Origin: Malacoraja senta
Taxonomy: Eukaryota
Direction: 5' to 3'
DNA length: 60,000 bases
NCBI GenBank assembly: GCA_038087875.1
Contig: CM075999.1
Location: 3,784,001 to 3,844,000 of the forward strand
Shown one piece after another: positions 25,006-37,223 of the stretch; position 1 is the stretch's first letter, and each line of letters begins with the position of its first letter. The notes under the pieces were generated by a model. That model made no database searches, was not told the DNA's origin, and saw nothing but the letters and a program-made list of their open reading frames with translations. A program made the position numbers and the translations under genes.

Positions 25006-26673
25006 ACATTTTTTTAAAGAATACTCTGGCTTATCCGTGGCTGTGAGTCTGATGAAGCCAACGCTTTAAGTTGTGCAGGATGTCAGTAACTATTTCGTTT
25101 TGGGTCAAATCGGAATTCCTTTCCCGCTGCCCAAACAATAGAGGAGGTTTACACCTCACGCTGCCTCGGCAAGGAAAGCAGCATAATCAAGGACCAGTCT
25201 CACCCCCGCTCACTCCTCTTCTCCCCTCTCCCATCGGGCAAAAGGTACAGAAGTGTGAAAACGCACACCTCCTGATTCAGGGACAGTTTCTTCCCAGCTG
25301 TTATCAGGCAACTGAACCATCCTACCACAACTAGAGAGTAGTCCTGAACTACTATCTACCTCTTTGGTGACCCTCTGACTATCATTGATTGGACTTTACT
25401 GGCTTTATCTTGCACGAAACATTATTCTCTTTATTATCCTCTATCCGTACACTGTGGGTGGCTCGATTGTAATCATATATTGTCATTCCGCTGATTGGTT
25501 AAGTAAGTAAGTAAGTAAGTTTATTGGCCAAGTATTCACATACAAGGAATTTGCCTTGGTGCTCCGCCCACAAGTAACAACATGACATACAGTGACAGTT
25601 ACGAATGACTCAGAAAACACTAAACGATAATAATAATAAAACATTAATGATAAAACACCATTGATCAAGCATGTGAACCAACAAAATACCAGATCAAAGG
25701 GAGGCTACAGATTTTTGGCTGTTGAGTAGAGCAACTACTCATGGATAAAAGCTGTTTTTATGTCTGGCTGTAGCATGCAACTAAAGCTTTTCACTTTACC
25801 TCGGTACACGTGTCAATAAACTAATGACTGACTAGGTAATGGTTCAATGTTGTGCAAGTGCTGGGAGTGCTGTGGTCAGTCAGCTCTTGTGCCAGAGGCT
25901 TGGGGAGACATGCAGGGAGTGATGACGGCCGGGTCCTGCACCACCAGTGCTTGTTTGTAAGGTCATAAGTGATAGGAACAGAATTAGGCCATTCGGCCCA
26001 TCAAGTCTACTCTGCCGGTACACAAAAATGCTGGAGAAACTCAGCGGGTACAGCAGCATCTATGGAGCGAAGGAAATAGGCAACGTTTGGGGCCGAAACC
26101 CTTCTTCAGACTCGTCTACTCTGCCATTCAATCGTGGCTGATTGGACATATAATGAAAGAATGGATCGACTGGCCTTGTATTCCCTGGAATTTAGAAGGA
26201 TGAAAGGGCATCTTATAGAAGCATATAAAATTCTTAAGGGATTGGACAGGCTAGATGCACGAAAAAAATTCCCGATGTTGGGAGAGTCCAGAACCAGGGG
26301 TCACAGTTTAAGAATAAGGGGTAGGTCATTTAGGACTGAGATGAGGAAAAACTTTTTCACCCAGAGAGTTATGAATCTGTGGAATTCTCTGCCACAGAAG
26401 GCAATGGAGGCCAATTCTCTGGATGTTTTCAAGAGAGAGTTAGGTTTAGCTCTTGGGGCTAACGGAATCAAGGGATATGGGGAAAAAGTAGGAATGGGGT
26501 ACTGATTGTGGATGATCAGCCATGATCATATTGAATGGCGGTGCTGGCTCGAAGGGCCGAATGGCCTAGTCCTGCGCCTATTTTCTATGTTTTCTGTTTC
26601 TATCTATCTTTCCCTCTTAACCCCATTCTCCTGCCTCCTCCCCATAACCCCTGACACCCGTACTAATGTCCAC

Positions 26674-26801
26674 CTTTTCCACGCAGTAGGTGAGGGGCTC
26701 ACGACCTCGAGGGTCCGGCTCGTTCCAGCCAAGAGCAGCGTACGTCTGTCCTACCTCGGTCACTCGGAGCTGGGTCGGAGGCAGCGGGACGCGCACATCT
26801 C
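26674..26801 (-). CDS. MYOM3: MYOM3 exon, My5 N-half (VPLPPTQL...WNEPDPRGREPLTYCVEK)
   Basis: 128 nt, phase 1-0. Confidence 0.93.
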
Positions 26802-27530
26802 CTGCAAAACAGCAATGGTAGTTTAGTTTAGTTTAGACACAGCGTGGAAACAGGCCCTTCAGCCCACCGGGTTCATGCCGACCAGTGATCACCCCGTACA
26901 CTAGTAGAGACACAGCGTGGAAACAGGCCCTTCGGCCCACCGAGTCCACGCTGACCATCGACCACCCGTTCACACTAGATCTACGTTATCCCACTTTCCC
27001 ATCCACTCCCTACACACTAGGGACAAGTTATAGACGGCCAATTAACCTACAAACCTGCACGTGTTTGGGATGTGTGAGGAGACTTTAGCACCCGGAGGAA
27101 ACCCACGCGGACAGCACCCGAAGTCAGGATCGAACCCGCGTTGAGTTTAGTTTGGACTTTCGAGATACAGTGCGGAAACAGGCCCTTCGGCCCACTGAGT
27201 TGGTGCCGACCAGCGATCCCCGCCCACTTGCACTGCCCTACACACACCTGGGACAACTCATAATTTTTACCGAGCCAATTAACCTACAAACTGCACGTCT
27301 TTGGATGTGGGAGGAAACCGGAGGACCCGGGGAAAACCCACACAGTCGCAAGGGCAACGTGCAAACTCCTCACAGACAGCACCCGAGGTCAGGATCGAAC
27401 CCGGGTCTCTGGGGCTGTGAGGCAGCGGCACTACCCGCTGCAGAACTGTGCCGCTCAGCGCTCTGCCCCTCTCACCCCTTGTAATGGGCAACATTCACAC
27501 AGATACACGGACACCTGTACTCCAGCTCAC

Positions 27531-27581
27531 CTTCAAGCTCGTCTTTGGTGACCACGATCTCACCCCGATCCGTCCATATCC
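27531..27581 (-). CDS. MYOM3: MYOM3 linker exon (IWTDRGEIVVTKDELE)
   Basis: 51 nt, phase 1-1, AG/GTGAGC. Confidence 0.88.
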
Positions 27582-27684
27582 CTGCCGGCGGCAAAGGAGA
27601 CAGATTAATCACCGCACGCCCAGTAACAACGTATAATGGAGCAGAATTAGGCCATTCGGCCCATCAAATTCAGCCCAACCAGAG

Positions 27685-28033
27685 GGTGGCAGAGGGGTGG
27701 GGGAAATGGTGGGGAGAGGGTGGGGAGGGGTGGGGGGAGTGGTGGGGGTATGGATGGGGAGAGGTTGGGAGAGGGGGAGGGGTGGGGGAGGGATGGGGGG
27801 AGGGGTGGGGAGAGAGTTAGGGAGAGGGTGGGGGAGGGGTGGGGGGAGGGTTAGGGAGAGGGTGGGGGAGGGGTGGGGAGAGGGTGGGGGGGTGTGGGGA
27901 GTGGTGGGCAGAGGATGGGGGAGTGGTGGGGGTATGGATGGGGAGAGGGGGGAGGGGTGGGGGAGGGATGGTGGGAGGGGTGCGGAGAGGGGGGAGGGTT
28001 ATGGAGAGGGGGAGAGGGGGGAGGGGTGGGGAG
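27685..28033. repeat. G-rich low-complexity array
   Basis: GGGGAGAGGGT-like units. Confidence 0.9.
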
Positions 28034-28041
28034 ATACACAC

Positions 28042-28241
28042 GCATGATCCTGCTGGCTGCCGTGCGGTCGATCACGGTCACGGGCTCCGACACGCGTGAT
28101 GCACGGCTGATCCCCGCTCCGTTCACGGCTCGAACACGGAACTGGTACGTGTGGTTTTCGCACAGACCCACGGCTGGAAACTTGCACATCTTCTCCGGGA
28201 TGTGGTTACACTGAACCCACTCCTCACTCCCCACCTCCTTC
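28042..28241 (-). CDS. MYOM3: MYOM3 exon, My4 C-half (WVQCNH...YQFRVRAVNGAGISRASRVS)
   Basis: 200 nt, phase 2-1, FN3 signature. Confidence 0.92.
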
Positions 28242-28247
28242 CTAGAA

Positions 28248-28285
<38 letters not shown>

Positions 28286-29413
28286 ACAAACCAGCAATCT
28301 CCATGGACCGGACGTTCATTTGTAAAAACAAAGTGAGATAACGTGATGAGAGGCATAGTTCATGTGATAGGAGAAGAATTAGGCCATTCGGCCCATCAAG
28401 TCCATTCAATCAAGGCTGATCTATCTCTCCCTTCGAACCCCATTCTCCTGCTTTCTCCCCATAACCTCTGACACCCGCACTAATCAAGAATCTATCTGTC
28501 TCTGCCTTAAAAATACCCATTGATTTGGCCACCACGGTCTTCTGCGGCAATGAATTCCAGAGATTCACCACCCTCTGACTAAAGAAATTCCTCCTCATCT
28601 CCTTCCTAAAGGAACGTCCTTTCATTCTGAGGCTGTGACCTCTGGTCCTAGACTCTCCCACTCGTGGAAACATCCTCTCCACATCCACTCTATCAGTCAG
28701 AACCTTTTCCCGCATAGTGAAAATATCAAAGACTAAGGGGCATATCTTTAAGTTTCATGGAGATGTGTGGGGCAGGTTTTTTTTACACAGAGGGTGGTGG
28801 GTGCCTGGAACATGCTGCCGGGGGTGGGGGTGGAGGCAGATACAATAGTGGTGTTTAAGAGGCTTTTAGACATGCACATGGATATGCAGGGAATGGAGGG
28901 ATACGGATCATGTGCAGGCTGAGGGGATTAGTTTAACTTGGCATCATGTTCAGCACGGACATTGTGGGCTGAAGGGCCTGTTCCTGTGCTGTACTGTTCT
29001 ATGTAAGGTGTTGCACAGGTAAACGTCACTTTGACATGACATGACAATTCCTTTAGTTCGGTTTAGAGAAACAGCCTGGAAACAAGGTCCGTGCCGAACA
29101 TGATGCCAAGTTAAACCTGACCAGCCATCATCCATTCACTAGTTCTTGAAGCAATTTACAGAAGACGATGAACCTACAAACCTGTACGTCTTTGGAATGT
29201 GGGAAGAAACCAGAGCACCCGGAGAAATCCCACACAGGTCACGGGGAGAAGGTACAAACTCCGTACAGACGCCGTGACCCGAGGTGTCAGGGGTTATGGG
29301 GAGAAGGCAGGAGAATGGGGTTGAGAGGGGAAGATAGATCAGCCATGATTGAATGGTGGAGTAGACTCGGTGGGCTTTCTCCTGCCTTCTCCCCATAACC
29401 CCTGACACCTAGG

Positions 29414-30456
29414 GTAGGTATGTTACAATACTTACCTTCAGTCGCGCTGTAATTCTGCCACTGGCCGTGTGCGCGATTTTGGCGCCTTTAAGGGGGGGCG
29501 GGGTTAAAACGCGGGTTTCTCCTCCCTTGTCCTGGTTAATATTTTGTTTGAGTACAAGCCTTGGCAGACAAATCGTTCCTACCGGCGTTTTGTGAATTAA
29601 AAAAAAAAATTAAATCGTCAATGTCAGCGCTAGAGTCATTTTAAAAGCAGCTCCTGAAGCATCAACGCCGATAACGGGGACGGATTTCACACACGGGACA
29701 GGTAAACGAAAGTGCTTTCTTTAAATGTATAAAAGTGCTTCTTAAGAAGCCTTTAATTCACATTTTTTCATGCGACCCGGTGATTTTATTCCCCGAATTA
29801 ACGGCAGTATTTTTCATGCCAATACGGGGTTAAATTCACCGCAAATTAACGTTCCAAAAGATCGCGTTCCAGAAATCCTCACTCACAAGATGATTTAAAT
29901 CCCCATTAATTTACAGGTATTAAACATTCAATTCCTTCCATTTGGCCTGTAAATTCATGAAAATGAGATTTGAAAATTATGTTATATTGTGAATTATTGT
30001 GTGAATGTTATTTGGACACTTAGGCTATTTAAAAATGTTAATCTATTCTTAAGAAATTGATAGATGTTTAGATCTAGTAATTGAATTTTGTAATTGGCTA
30101 CAATTAGGTAACTAACTAATTATATGCTTTACTTTCATGTCTTCGAAGTAAGATTGTTTCATATTAGTTTCAGAATGCTTCAATCTATAATAACTGAAAA
30201 TTTCTTTCAGTTATCATAATTTTTAAGAAAGTTATGGGCTTTTAACTGTCCTCGATCACAGCTTTTGTGTTAAGTCAATGAAAAAGCAATAGGGAACTAG
30301 ATGCTAATTTCTGAGTATGATAATGGCCATAACTTTTTTAATACTGAAGATATGAAAGTGAATTAAGTGTCAAATTAAACTTCTTTTAATGCTTTATCTG
30401 ATGGGATAAATTGCAGACTTTATTTTTTAAATCTCAAAATTTTGTAACATTGCTAC
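29414..30456. mobile_element. AT-rich non-autonomous DNA transposon, superfamily unresolved
   Basis: TIR GTAGGTATGTTACAA / TTGTAACATTGCTAC, flanked by duplicated CTAGG. Confidence 0.7.
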
Positions 30457-30674
30457 CTAGGGTCCTTGTTTACATCAGTGCACAGCCGTGTTGTACAGTA
30501 AGGGCTGCAGGAGGATAGACTCGATGGGCTGAATGGTCTAATTTGCTCCATTAAGCTACCAACTGGGGACCGGGTCCCCACCCTGTGGGGTTGTAAGTGC
30601 GGTCCCTGGTGCGGGAGGTCTGGGGACCATTCACTCGTCTGCATAAGAGGGAGCGACATATTCCAGTTGCCCAC

Positions 30675-30816
30675 CTGTCGATGAGGTAGCCAATCACCGC
30701 GCAGCCTCCATCAGCGCTCGGTGGTTTCCAGGCAACGAGGACGTAATCCCTGTGAACATCCCGGCATTCCACATCCAGAGGCGATCCCGCTGCTCCGGGC
30801 TCTGCGGCCGCAGCGT
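30675..30816 (-). CDS. MYOM3: MYOM3 exon, FN3 My4 N-half (GSPLDVECRDVHRDYVLVAWKPP)
   Basis: 142 nt, phase 1-2. Confidence 0.94.
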
Positions 30817-31594
30817 CTGTGCCGAGAGATTGTAGCTTTTAGTTTAGAGATACAGAGCAGAAACAGGCCCTTCAGCCCATCAAGTCCGCGCTGACCTGCG
30901 ACCCCCGCAGACTAACACGATCCTACACACACTAGGGACAATTTACATAAATACCGAGCCAAATAACCTACAAACCTGTACGTCTTTGGATTGTGGGAGG
31001 AAACCGGAGCACCCGGAGAAAACCCACGCAGGTCACGGGGAGAACATGCAAACTCCGTACAGACAGCACCCGTAGTCAGGTCTCTGGCGCTGTGAGGCAG
31101 CAGCTCTACCGCTGCGTCACCGTGCCGCCCTAAGGAGATGGTGCCTTGGTCAGTTAACCCATCGTAAGTGAACACGTACATACACAACAGGAATTCAATG
31201 GAGACGCAAGGAACTGCAGATGCTGGAATCATGAGCAAAGCACAAAGTGCTGGAGGAACTCAGCGGGTCAGGCAGCATCTGTGGAGGGAATGGACAGACG
31301 ATGTTTGGGGTCAGGACCCTTCTTCAGGCTGATGGAGTAGGGGGGGCGAGGCAAAGCCTGGCAAGTCTGAAGAAAGGTCCCAACCTGAAACGTCACCTAT
31401 CCATGTTCTCCACAGATGCTGCCTGACCCGCTGAGTTACTCCAGCACTCTGTGAAACATCACCTATCCATGTTCTCCACAGTTGCTGCCTGACCTGCCTG
31501 TCCAGCACTCTGGGCCCTATTGTGATATGTTTAAAGAGAAGGTTGAAACCCCGGTGCACGTGAGTTGGAGCAGAGAGTTGTGTGGGCTCCATAC

Positions 31595-31756
31595 CTCTGA
31601 CAAACACATATCCACTGTGTTCCTTACACCCGGTCGGTGTGAAGAGACAGACAGTGTACAACCCCTCGTCTTCCTTGTAGACGTGAGCGAGAGTTAGCTG
31701 GGTGTCGTGAGCAGACGTGTCAATCTTCACCAAAGGAGACTCCTTCAGCAGGGCAC
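31595..31756 (-). CDS. MYOM3: MYOM3 exon, My3 C-half (YKEDEGLYTV...YVFVR)
   Basis: 162 nt, phase 1-1, YKEDEGLY conserved. Confidence 0.94.
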
Positions 31757-31924
31757 CTGCAAGTACAGTCACCGCGTCAATGACGGCGATACCCCCACAC
31801 CGCCGGTCACCTTGTCACACCTGACCGTCTCTGCAACTGTGGACGCCGGCATAACCGGGTACAACATGCTGGAGTCACTGGGAGTGGTACACAGCTTGGT
31901 GGAGTGAGTAACAGAGAGGACAAG

Positions 31925-32838
31925 GGGTGTGGGGTCAGTGTGAGGTCAGTGTGGGGTCAGGGTGGGGTCAGGGTGGGGTCAGTGTGGGGGGTGGGGTCAG
32001 TGTGGGGTCAGTGTGGGGGGTGGGGTCAGTGGGGGGTCAGTGTGGGGGGGTGGGGTCAGTGTGGGGGGTGGGGTCAGTGTGGGGTAAGTGTGGGGTCAGT
32101 GTGGGGGGGTGGGGTCAGTGTGGGCTCAGTGTGGGCTCAGTGTGGGGTGTGGGGTCAGTGTGGGGTCAGTGTGGGGGGGTGGGGTCAGTGTGGGGACAGT
32201 GTGGGGGGGTGGGGTCAGTGTGGGGTCGGTGTGGGCTCAGTGTGGGGTCAGTGTGGGGTCAGTGTGGGGGGTGGGGTCAGGGTGGGGTCAGGGTGGGGTC
32301 AGTGTGGGGGGGTGGGGTCAGTGTGGGGTCAGTGTGAGGGGGTGGGGTCAGTGTGGGGTCAGTGTGGGGTCAGGGTGGGGTCAGTGTGGGGGTGGGGAGA
32401 CCTTGCGGGGGTGGGGTCAGTGTGGGGTCAGTGTGGGGGATGGGGAGACCTTGCGGGGGTGGGGTCAGTGTGGGGTCAGGGTGGAGTCAGTGTGGGGGAT
32501 GGGGAGACCTTGCGGGGGTGGGGTCAGTGTGGGGTTAGTGTGGGGGGGTGGGGTCAGTGTGGGGTCAGTGTGGGGGTGGGGAGACCTTGCGGGGGTGGGG
32601 TCAGTGTGGGGTCAGGGTGGGGTCAGTGTGGGGGATGGGGAGGCTTTGCGGGGGTGGGGTCAGTGTGGGGTCAGGGTGGGGTCAGTGTGGGGGATGGGGA
32701 GGCTTTGCGGGGGTGGGGTCAGTGTGGGGGGGTGGGGTCAGTGTGGGGTCAGTGTGGGGGGTGGGGTCAGTGTGGGGACAGTGTGGGGTCAGTGTGGGGT
32801 CAGTGTGGGGGATGGGGAGGCATTGCGGGGCTGGGGTG
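31925..32838. repeat. GTGGGGTCAGT-type minisatellite with higher-order variants
   Basis: Direct reading. Confidence 0.95.
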
Positions 32839-32845
32839 CACTGAC

Positions 32846-32986
32846 CGTCACGGAGCCAGATCACCTCCCCTGACTGTGCGTTGAGGGGTGTGGAGAAGCA
32901 GCAGCTGAGGGTCAGAGAGCCGCCCTCCTTGGGGAACGATGCTGCAAACCCATCGAGGATGTCCACGTCAGGCACTGGCCGGGCGG
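32846..32986 (-). CDS. MYOM3: MYOM3 exon, Ig My3 N-half (FPKEGGSLTLSCCFS...WLRD)
   Basis: 141 nt, phase 1-1. Confidence 0.9.
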
Positions 32987-33831
32987 CTGCGGAACACAAC
33001 GGGCCAGTCATGGTCATCTTCCCAGTAACACGTCACAGCTGAACCATGCAGGGCTGCGCTGCAACACAGGAGCCAGTCCAACCCCGGCCACTCCCTCTTC
33101 TCCCCTCTCCCATCGGGCAAGACGTACAGAAGTGTGAAAACAAACGCACACCTCCAGATTCAGGGACAGTTTCTTCCCAGCTGTTATCAGGCAACTGAAC
33201 CATCCTCTCACCAACTGGAGAGTGGTCCTGACCTCCCATCTACCTCATTGGAGACCCTCAGACTATCATTAAGCGGACTTTACTGGACTTTACTTTGCAC
33301 TGAACGTTATTCCCTTTATCCTGTATCTGTACACTGTGGACGGCTCGATTGTAATCATGTATTGTCTGGTTAGCACGCAACAAAAAGCTTTTCACTGTAC
33401 CTCGGTACACGTGACAATAAACTAAACAAAACGTAAACCTCATCTCTGACTGTCGCTCTGGGGGCATCATGCAATCGTGGCCACACGGTCTTCACCACCA
33501 CTGAAGTGTGGCTAGTTTGGTCAATAAGTTCACAAGTTCATAAGTGATAGGAGTAGAATGAGGCCATTCAGCCCACCAAGTCTACTCCGCCATTCAATCA
33601 TGGCTGATCTATCATTCTCTCCCCCTTAACCCCATTCTCCTTCCTTCTCCCCGTAACCTCTGACACCCGTACTAATCATATGGTCTGGGTAACACTGCAA
33701 GAACATAGATAATAGACAATAGATGCAGGAGTAGGCCATTCGGCCCTTCGAATCAGAACCGTCATTCAATATGATCATGGTTGATCATCCCAATCAAACA
33801 TCAGCCGTTTGAGTAAGGCACAGAGACTTAC

Positions 33832-33873
33832 AGTCTAGACGGATGGAGTCTCCAGCGTCTGAGCCTTGGTACT
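33832..33873 (-). CDS. MYOM3: MYOM3 linker exon (YQGSDAGDSIRLD)
   Basis: 42 nt, phase 1-1, tttacag/GTAAGT, similar to YLGKDAG. Confidence 0.82.
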
Positions 33874-33937
33874 CTGTAAATCAACACAGACATAGTGGAT
33901 GAGGAACCCTGGACAACATGATCAGAAAGTCACTGTT

Positions 33938-34770
33938 ATAACCATATAACCATAACAGCACGGAAACAGGCCATCTCGGCCCTTCAAGTCCGTGCCGAAC
34001 ATTTTGTTGTTGTTGTTGTTGTTGTTGTAAATAAATACTTCCCCCTAGTCCCATCTACCTGCACTCAGACCATAACCCTCCATTCCTTTCCCGTCCATAT
34101 ACCCATCCAATCTATTTTTAAAGGATAAAATCGAACCAGCCTCCACCACTTCCACTGGAAGCTCATTCCACACAGCTACCACTCTCTGAGTAAAGAAGTT
34201 CCCCCTAATGTTACCCCTAAACTTCTGTCCCTTAATTCTCAAGTCATGTCCCCTTGTTTGAATCTTCCCTACTCTCAATGGGAAAAGCTTATCCACGTCC
34301 ACTCTGTCTAACCCGCTCATAATTTTAAAGACCTCTATCAAGTCCCCTCTTAACCTTCTGCGCTCCAAAGAATAAAGACCTAACTTGTTCAACCTTTCTC
34401 TGTAACTTAGTTGCTGAAACCCAGGCAACATTCTAGTAAATCTCCTCTGTACTCTCTCTATTTTGTTGACATCCTTCCTATAATTAGGCGACCAAAATTG
34501 TACTCCATACTCCAGAATTGGCCTCACCAATGCCTTGTACAATTTTAACATTACATCCCAACTTCTATATTCAATGCTCTGATTTATAAAGGCCAGCACA
34601 CCAAAAGCTTTCTTTACCACCCTATCTACATGAGATTCCACCTTCAGGGAACTATGCACAGTTATTCCTAGATCCCTCTGTTCAACTGCATTCCTCAATT
34701 CTCTACCATTTACCATGTACGTCCTATTTTGATTTGTCCTGCCGAGATGTAGTACCTCACATTTATCAGC
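33938..34770 (-). mobile_element. Young 5'-truncated CR1 LINE
   Basis: ~240 uninterrupted ORF2 codons (LYKALVRPILEYGVQFWSP), 3' UTR and microsatellite tail. Confidence 0.92.
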
Positions 34771-35171
34771 GTTATATGTACAGTTTGCACAGGCAGCTGT
34801 TATCAGGCAACCGAACCACCCTACCACAACCAGAGAGCTGTCCTGAGCTACCATCTACCTCTTTGGTGACCCTCGGACTATCCTTGATCAGACTTTACTG
34901 GCTTTACCTTGCACTAAACGTTATTCCCTTTTCATGTATATGCACACTGTAAATGGCTCGATTGTAATCAGGTATTAGTATTGTCTTTCCGCTGACTGGT
35001 TAGCACAAAATGAAAGCTCGGTACACGTGACAATAAACTGTAATTGTAACTGCAACAGTTACAGGCAGACAAATGCGACACTGCAGAAAGTTGCTGCACA
35101 GCTGCATGTTCCCCAACCTCTTGCAACTGATGCCCCATTTCAACAAGTGGAACAGGTAGCATCTGCTGGGT

Positions 35172-35536
35172 CGTCGTGGCTATCCCTCGAGGTCAAGGAT
35201 AATGGTCTACGTTCTGTTGTTTTTATGGACTCTCAGGTGGCTTATGAGTCCAATCCGGGCTTTGAAAGTTCTTCGGCATTCAGGACAGGTAATTCCAGAT
35301 GGCAGATTGGGCTTTGGTTGTTGCTGCCTCTCTTTCCGTTTTCTTCTCTTTTCTTCTAATTCTGCGCATCCCTTGGCTTCTTGGATGATGGTTCGCCAGA
35401 GTTTCCTGTCCTTGGCATTGGTTTCCCAATTGTCCATGTCGATTGCACATTTCTTCATGCTGGTTTTTAAGGAGTCTTTGAATCTCTTCATTTATCCGCC
35501 TCTTTTACGTTTGCCTTCTTTAAGCTGGGAGTAGAA
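35172..35536 (-). mobile_element. RTE-clade LINE 3' end
   Basis: KRFKDSLK..WE..AKDRKLWR..CPECRRTFKARIGLISHLRVH (C2H2). Confidence 0.85.
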
Positions 35537-36189
35537 GGTTTGCTTTGTGTAGACGCTGAAACCTGTAACAGTGACAGACAGACAAATGCGACGCTGCAGA
35601 AAGTTGCTGCACAGCTGCATGTTCCCCAAACTCTTGCAACTGATGCCCCATTCCAACAAGTGGAACAGGTAGCATCTGCTGGGTAAAGGTGAACGAAACT
35701 CACGCCAAGAACTAAATAAAACTTCTCACATTGTGAATAATGTTGTAGCTGGCAGCTCACGTCTGAAACTGACAATTAATCTGCGCAAACTCAGAATCAT
35801 ATCATCAAAACTTTCATAACTGCAGCTTTTTCAATTGTTTTTCAAATTCAATAGAAAGATTTTATTCATCATGTTCATAAGTGATAGGAATAGAATTAGG
35901 CCCTTCAGCTCATCGAGTCCATGCCGACCATCGATCACCCGTTTACACTAGGTCTATGTTATCCAACTTTCTCATCCACTCCCTACACAACAGAGGCAAT
36001 TTGCAGAGGGCCGATTAATCTACAAACCCGCACTTCTTTGGGATGTGGGAGGAAACAGGAGCACCCAGAGAAAACCCACACGGTCACATGGAGAACGCGC
36101 AAACTTCACACAGATAGCACCCGAGGTCAGGATCGACTCCGGTTCACTCCAAACTGCCCTCAGCAGAGAGTCAGGAGGGAGAGACTTAC

Positions 36190-36278
36190 TATTCACAAGG
36201 ATCGTGGCGTAGGACGATGCCTCGCCGTGGGTATTTGAGGCCAAAGCAGAATACTGGCCAGAATCCACTGGGCTGCAC
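36190..36278 (-). CDS. MYOM3: MYOM3 exon, end of My2 (DSGQYSALASNTHGEASSYATILV)
   Basis: Ig DxGxY motif, phase 2-1. Confidence 0.93.
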
Positions 36279-37130
36279 CTGGAGAACAGAAAGGTGTCAT
36301 TACTTCAACCTCACAACTACTGTTTCATGCTAGAGGAATGCATGGGTAGAGTGGATGTGGAGAGGATGTTTCCAATAATGGGAGAGTCTAGGACCAGAGG
36401 TCATAGCATCAGAATTATAGGACGTTCCGTTAGGAAGGAGATGAGGAGAAATTTCTTTAGTCAGAGGGTGATGAATTTGTGGAGTTCTTTGCCATAGACG
36501 GCTGTGGAGGCCAAGTCACTGGATATTTTTAAGGCAAAGATAGATAGATTCTTGATTAATACGGGTGTCAGCGGTTACGGGGAGAAGGCAGGAGAATGGG
36601 GTTAGGAGGGAGAGATAGATCAGCCATGATTGAATGGCGGAGTAGACTTAATGGACCGATTGGCCTAATTCTGCTCCTATCACTTATACCTACCAACAGA
36701 CCTCCTAACCCTACCAGAGAACACGAGAACCAGAGGACATAGGTTCAAGGTGAGGGGGGAAAGATTTAATAGGAATCTGAGGGGTAACTTTTTCACACAA
36801 AAGGTGATGGGTGTATGGAGGGGCTAGTTGAGGCTGGGACTATCGCAACATTTAGAAAACATTTAGACAGGTACATGGATAGGACAGGTTTAGAGGGATA
36901 TGGACCAAATGCAGGCAGATGGGACTAGTGTAGATGGGACATGTTGGCCGGTGTGGGCAAGTTGGGATGAAGAGATTATTTCCACGCCGTATCACAATGA
37001 TTCTCAATTGGCCTCCACCGCTGTCTGTGGCAATGAGTCCCACAGATTCACCACCCTCTGACACTCATACTTTTGTGGTCAGGTTCATGAAAGATACGTG
37101 ATAATCGCAACAGATTGTCAAACATATTAC

Positions 37131-37223
37131 CTGCTAATCTCAAGTGTCTGTAAACCAATTTTGTTCTCAATTGTGTATTTTCCAGGTGCGTCTGATGGTT
37201 TGATCGGAATTCCATCCTTGAAC
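37131..37223 (-). CDS. MYOM3: MYOM3 exon, My2 (FKDGIPIKPSDAPGKYTIENKIGLQTLEIS)
   Basis: 93 nt, phase 2-2, AG/GT bounded. Confidence 0.92.

Noticed and set aside
31904..32884. 326-aa Gly/Trp-rich ORF (also 41360-42401, 50256-51182, 27697-28214)
   Set aside because: Stop-free minisatellite or low-complexity DNA, open in several frames.
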